Assembly: GCA_000320545.1 (NCBI GenBank)
Contig: ADNK01000163.1
Location: forward strand, 1-37,623
Source: Bigelowiella natans CCMP2755
Taxonomy: Eukaryota > Protista > Cercozoa
Length of the DNA stretch: 37,623 nucleotides
Direction of reading: 5' to 3'
The notes under the pieces are model-generated. The model made no database searches, was not told where the DNA came from, and saw nothing but the letters and a program-made list of their open reading frames with translations. The translations under genes were made by a program, and so were the position numbers. Below, in pieces: positions 37,252 through 37,623 of the stretch (its first letter is position 1; every line of letters starts with the position of its first letter).

Positions 37252-37623
37252 TGTTTGAATGATCTTCCGTGTTTGTTCTCATCGCTGCTGCGTGGCTGTT
37301 TCCACCTCCCCCTCCACCACCATACAACAACCTTCCTTCTCCCACATCTTGCCATGGTGACACATTCTATATTTCATCGACCGTCCCTTATAAAAACGTA
37401 AAGGAGCTGCAGAAATCACAGTAAAACCCTGCTCTAAGTGTGACTAAGAGCCCTGATCCCCCGGCCCTCGCTTCATGCCCCATCGTCTGAAGATACCGGA
37501 AGGAGGAGGGGGGGGAGGGGACCTGAAACATCAACAAGTCTCCAACTGCAAAGAGCTCCTCCCTTTCAGCTGCTGACCAGGGGTAAATTCAGATACATCT
37601 GCAATCTTGAATTCCTTGAGATG
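29930..37623 (+). CDS. BTAF1: BTAF1/Mot1 TBP-associated SNF2 ATPase, N-terminal HEAT-repeat half; continues past the window
   Basis: gccgccATG start, then SRLERLLKLLE|DAPSASARLAASNQIAEL, LRVVPYLKSANWDTRVAAG, FELEAFDI, LSARERAVLRRQRKR, HPNWE..GA|GIGLRSLL, LLTLDKFADHA|GEIVVAPVRETAAQ|ALG, GFLGIKYLLAVRPD, GLKDK|VEDVR, LWSSLE|DLDELS and LPRLYPFVTH. These are hallmark Mot1/BTAF1 N-terminal motifs in order. Confidence 0.95.
32431..32490. repeat. (GAG)n purine tract, intronic
   Basis: Read directly; lies in the BTAF1 intron after VVAPVRETAAQ. Confidence 0.9.

Noticed and set aside
1-37623. A functional gene cluster or novel multi-gene system
   Set aside because: The eight genes have unrelated housekeeping or metabolic roles. 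No transposase, integrase, viral, defence or RNA genes were recognisable.

Overview
This is gene-dense, intron-rich eukaryotic nuclear DNA, with no prokaryotic operon, CRISPR array, RNA gene or recognisable mobile element. Short GT-AG introns with degenerate splice sites and heavy microsatellite load fit a protist; a chlorarachniophyte such as Bigelowiella is a guess from style only. The ORF track mostly shows exon fragments and repeat noise. Hand-splicing gives eight genes: (1) the 3' part of a GH35-type beta-galactosidase (+); (2) an EF-hand protein (-); (3) a PARN-like deadenylase (-), head-to-head with (4) a C9orf78/Tls1 splicing factor (+); (5) an atypical histidine phosphatase with a SHOCT-like tail (-), head-to-head with (6) CENP-S/MHF1 (+); (7) a large coiled-coil protein (-), head-to-head with (8) BTAF1/Mot1 (+, runs off the window). 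I found no clear-cut new multi-gene system. The best leads are TGCA/CATG/TAGC-rich islands behind every gene 3' end, microsatellites confined to introns (some complementary across the intron), a phosphatase with an Arg-to-Asp change in the phosphate pocket, and a possibly bacterial-derived GH35. Exon boundaries and motif counts were done by eye and need RNA-seq or computation.
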